The notes below the pieces were generated by a model. It was not told where the DNA came from and did no database searches. It was given only the letters and a program-made list of their open reading frames with translations. The translations under genes and the position numbers were made by a program. 52,669 nucleotides of DNA from Thermoplasmata archaeon. GTDB taxonomy: Archaea > Thermoplasmatota > Thermoplasmata > Lutacidiplasmatales > JAMCUS01. Positions 50,707 through 52,669 of this stretch are shown in pieces (positions within the stretch are counted from its first letter, which is position 1; every line of letters starts with the position of its first letter). The stretch is from NCBI GenBank assembly GCA_049966015.1, contig JBMFVL010000003.1, forward strand, positions 1 to 52,669, written 5' to 3'.

Positions 50707-51193
50707 TGTTCATCACCATTTCTTCCATAATTTCCTTTACTTTTTTTTTGATTTTGGGTTCGACATTAACAATTACAATACCTTTATCGGGTTGACCATA
50801 AAGAACTTTGCTATCATTTGGTAAAAAATGTATTAAGGGCAGTGTCGCCAAATCTTCTTCTCCCTGGACTCTAATAAGGGTTCTTTCTTTACGTTCAACG
50901 GCATGTTCTATTGCATTGTACAGATCATTTGAGATATATCCGGGATCGGATTTAACACTGATATGTGTGTATTCTGGCATTATAATACCCTTTATTTTTT
51001 CATTTCTTTTTGTTTTTTGATCAATTACCGCTATTTTCATTTTAAACCCTTTTTGGTACACATTTTTTGTTGTTATATCTCCACATGTTGCAATTAAGTC
51101 ATTGGGAGATATATATTTATCTAACATGTCAGGTGATATCACCACACCCAATGGTTCTTTTAACATTTCTCTTAATTTATCATTTATTTTCAT
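50690..51193 (-). CDS. GTP-dependent dephospho-CoA kinase (DUF359)
   Basis: LKEPLG, GDITT, D.KTKR, GEEDLA.LP and YGQP motifs. Confidence 0.92.
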   Translation of the reverse strand: MKINDKLREMLKEPLGVVISPDMLDKYISPNDLIATCGDITTKNVYQKGFKMKIAVIDQKTKRNEKIKGIIMPEYTHISVKSDPGYISNDLYNAIEHAVERKERTLIRVQGEEDLATLPLIHFLPNDSKVLYGQPDKGIVIVNVEPKIKKKVKEIMEEMVMNNGSSY

Positions 51194-51198
51194 TTACC

Positions 51199-51411
51199 TC
51201 ACTTGACTTTGACTGCGTATTTTCCTTCTTTCTGTATTTTTAGAGCTTTTGCTATTTCAGATTTATCCGGATCCACTATTATTATATAACCACTCCAATC
51301 CTTGGATAATGAATCACTTCCACAATTAGGGCATTTTTGCTCATTTGTTATATACCTGCAATTTTTACATGCTCTAGGTTTTGAAACAATATTTGCCATT
51401 CTCTCACTCAA
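51199..51411 (-). CDS. spt4: Transcription elongation factor Spt4 (RpoE'')
   Basis: ACKNC...CPNCGS...WSG.III.DP..SEIAK pattern. Start may be the ATG at 51399. Confidence 0.95.
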   Translation of the reverse strand: MSERMANIVSKPRACKNCRYITNEQKCPNCGSDSLSKDWSGYIIIVDPDKSEIAKALKIQKEGKYAVKVK

Positions 51412-51414
51412 CCC

Positions 51415-51966
51415 TTACTTTTTTTCATTATTTTCCTGTATCCATTCTTTTTTACCTAATCCAGGTTGCCTCATTGTTAATCCAATACGGCTATCTTTTA
51501 CATTCTGGACATTCATAGACATCATAACAACTCTTGTAGATAGCTTGGTACCTACTTTTATATCTTTTCTGCTTGCTTTACCTATGATACGCTTATTACC
51601 CAGATCAATTTCTAATTGATCATCCATTATTTGGCTTATGTGCAATAAAGCTGTCAGTGGACCAATACTTAAAAAAGCCCCGAATTTTTCTATGCCAATA
51701 ACGATACCTTCTAATATTTCATTGATTTCTATATGAAAGTTTAAAGATTCAAATTTTATAGGTTGATGTACAGATGGATCACCTAAAACTATATCACCAT
51801 CCCCAACAGGGGTTACACTCAACAATTGCACTATAATATCACCGTTTTTGTTTAGTGTGCCCTCATATTGCTGTTTGGTTAATGAAATTACACTGGCAGA
51901 ATAATCTTCACCTAGTTTATTTGGAGGTATTTTAACAACACCATCATCAACACTTTTTGAAAACAT
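51415..51966 (-). CDS. rpoE1: DNA-directed RNA polymerase subunit E' (Rpo7)
   Basis: VKIPP, GD, FGAF..IGP...LLHISQI and IGLTMRQPGLGK motifs. Confidence 0.95.
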   Translation of the reverse strand: MFSKSVDDGVVKIPPNKLGEDYSASVISLTKQQYEGTLNKNGDIIVQLLSVTPVGDGDIVLGDPSVHQPIKFESLNFHIEINEILEGIVIGIEKFGAFLSIGPLTALLHISQIMDDQLEIDLGNKRIIGKASRKDIKVGTKLSTRVVMMSMNVQNVKDSRIGLTMRQPGLGKKEWIQENNEKK

Positions 51967-52460
51967 TTTTATTCACTTCATTTCTTTATATATGTGATAA
52001 ATTTAAATTTTATGTTTTGATATGCAATGTGTTTTATACTATTTTAATATGATTGTGTATTGCGAAGGAGATATCATTTAATGTACGGAAGGGTACAATA
52101 CATTTAGTTTTTTGTGTTATTCCCATCGCTGTGATAGTAATGGCCAGATTCTGAAAGGATATTCTACTTTCTGTTGTATTTTATTGCACTTGGATATTAT
52201 ATTCCTGATGAACCGATTTCTTTCACCATTCCTTCTGATATTGAACTATGAAGTGTTCAACATAAGGATTTCCCCTTTAGATTTCCTTCCTTTATGTTTG
52301 TATGCATCCCAATGGATATTATGAAAAGAACATGTCCATTGAAAGAAGGTCCACTATTCTCATTGCATAACTTTTATGTTTGTTAAACCATCGATAAGTG
52401 ATAATAAATTCACCATTAGTATAAAAATACTAGCACAACCAAAAATCAATAACTCTTAAA

Positions 52461-52598
52461 CTAAAGCAAGAGCCATTTACATAAATGGATAAACACGATT
52501 TCTTTTCCTTCATGAATTTCTTTTGCACCATAATCTTTTGTAATAACAATTAAATTATGATTGTGGTTATCAAAATAACCTAAAAGTTTGGAATTTAT
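52461..52598 (-). pseudogene. C-terminal fragment of a COG1373/DUF4143-type AAA+ ATPase, truncated at the IS end
   Basis: Translation ...NLIVITKDYGAKEIHEGKEIVFIHLCKWLLL* resembles the family C-terminus (LIIT.D......I..IP..KWLL); a stop lies directly upstream. Confidence 0.55.
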
Positions 52599-52603
52599 CT
52601 AAC

Positions 52604-52669
52604 GTGAGCGGGAAGACCCCTTGACTTGGCAAGGGGATGAAAGCGTAACATTAATAATCTACTATGCAA
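52604..52669 (+). mobile_element. IS200/IS605-family (IS1341-like) left end, truncated by the window edge
   Basis: GTGAGCGGGAAGA-CCCCTTG-ACTTGG-CAAGGGG-ATGAAAGCG: a perfect 7-bp hairpin followed by GGGGATGAAAG, the pattern I recognise from archaeal IS605 left ends. Confidence 0.65.

Noticed and set aside
52112-52330. 70-aa plus-strand ORF, and a minus-strand stretch faintly like an IS5 transposase C-terminus (RNRFIRNIISKCNKIQQKVEYPFR)
   Set aside because: Similarity is too weak and interrupted by stops; cannot be supported without a search.

Overview
AT-rich archaeal chromosomal segment, most consistent with an acidophilic Thermoplasmata lineage (Thermoplasma-like citrate synthase, split LplA/LplB lipoate ligase, GGGP and DGGGP synthases, P3A H+-ATPase, rpoE'-spt4-dephospho-CoA kinase-rps24e-rps27ae cluster); this is inferred from protein features, not from a search. 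Most of the window is housekeeping and metabolic: methylcitrate cycle, methylmalonyl-CoA mutase small subunit and MeaB, DnaK, IDH, HisRS, NadB, AroA, MqnD and MtaB. It also encodes four large secreted or surface proteins. Both window ends carry IS200/IS605-like terminal hairpins. The most striking items are: (1) a tRNA-Arg(CCG) gene apparently interrupted by three very short introns (D-loop, canonical 37/38, T-loop 59/60), each with a BHB/BHL-like motif; (2) an in-frame FolC-endonuclease III (Nth) fusion; (3) a structured, strand-asymmetric RNA element upstream of nadB; (4) a 1405-aa secreted multi-beta-propeller protein whose mature N-terminus resembles an archaeal filament donor strand. Several enzymes show degenerate catalytic motifs (thiolase, acyl-CoA dehydrogenase, aspartokinase-like, SelB-like). 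Two real genes are missing from the ORF track (rps27ae and a 53-aa membrane protein).
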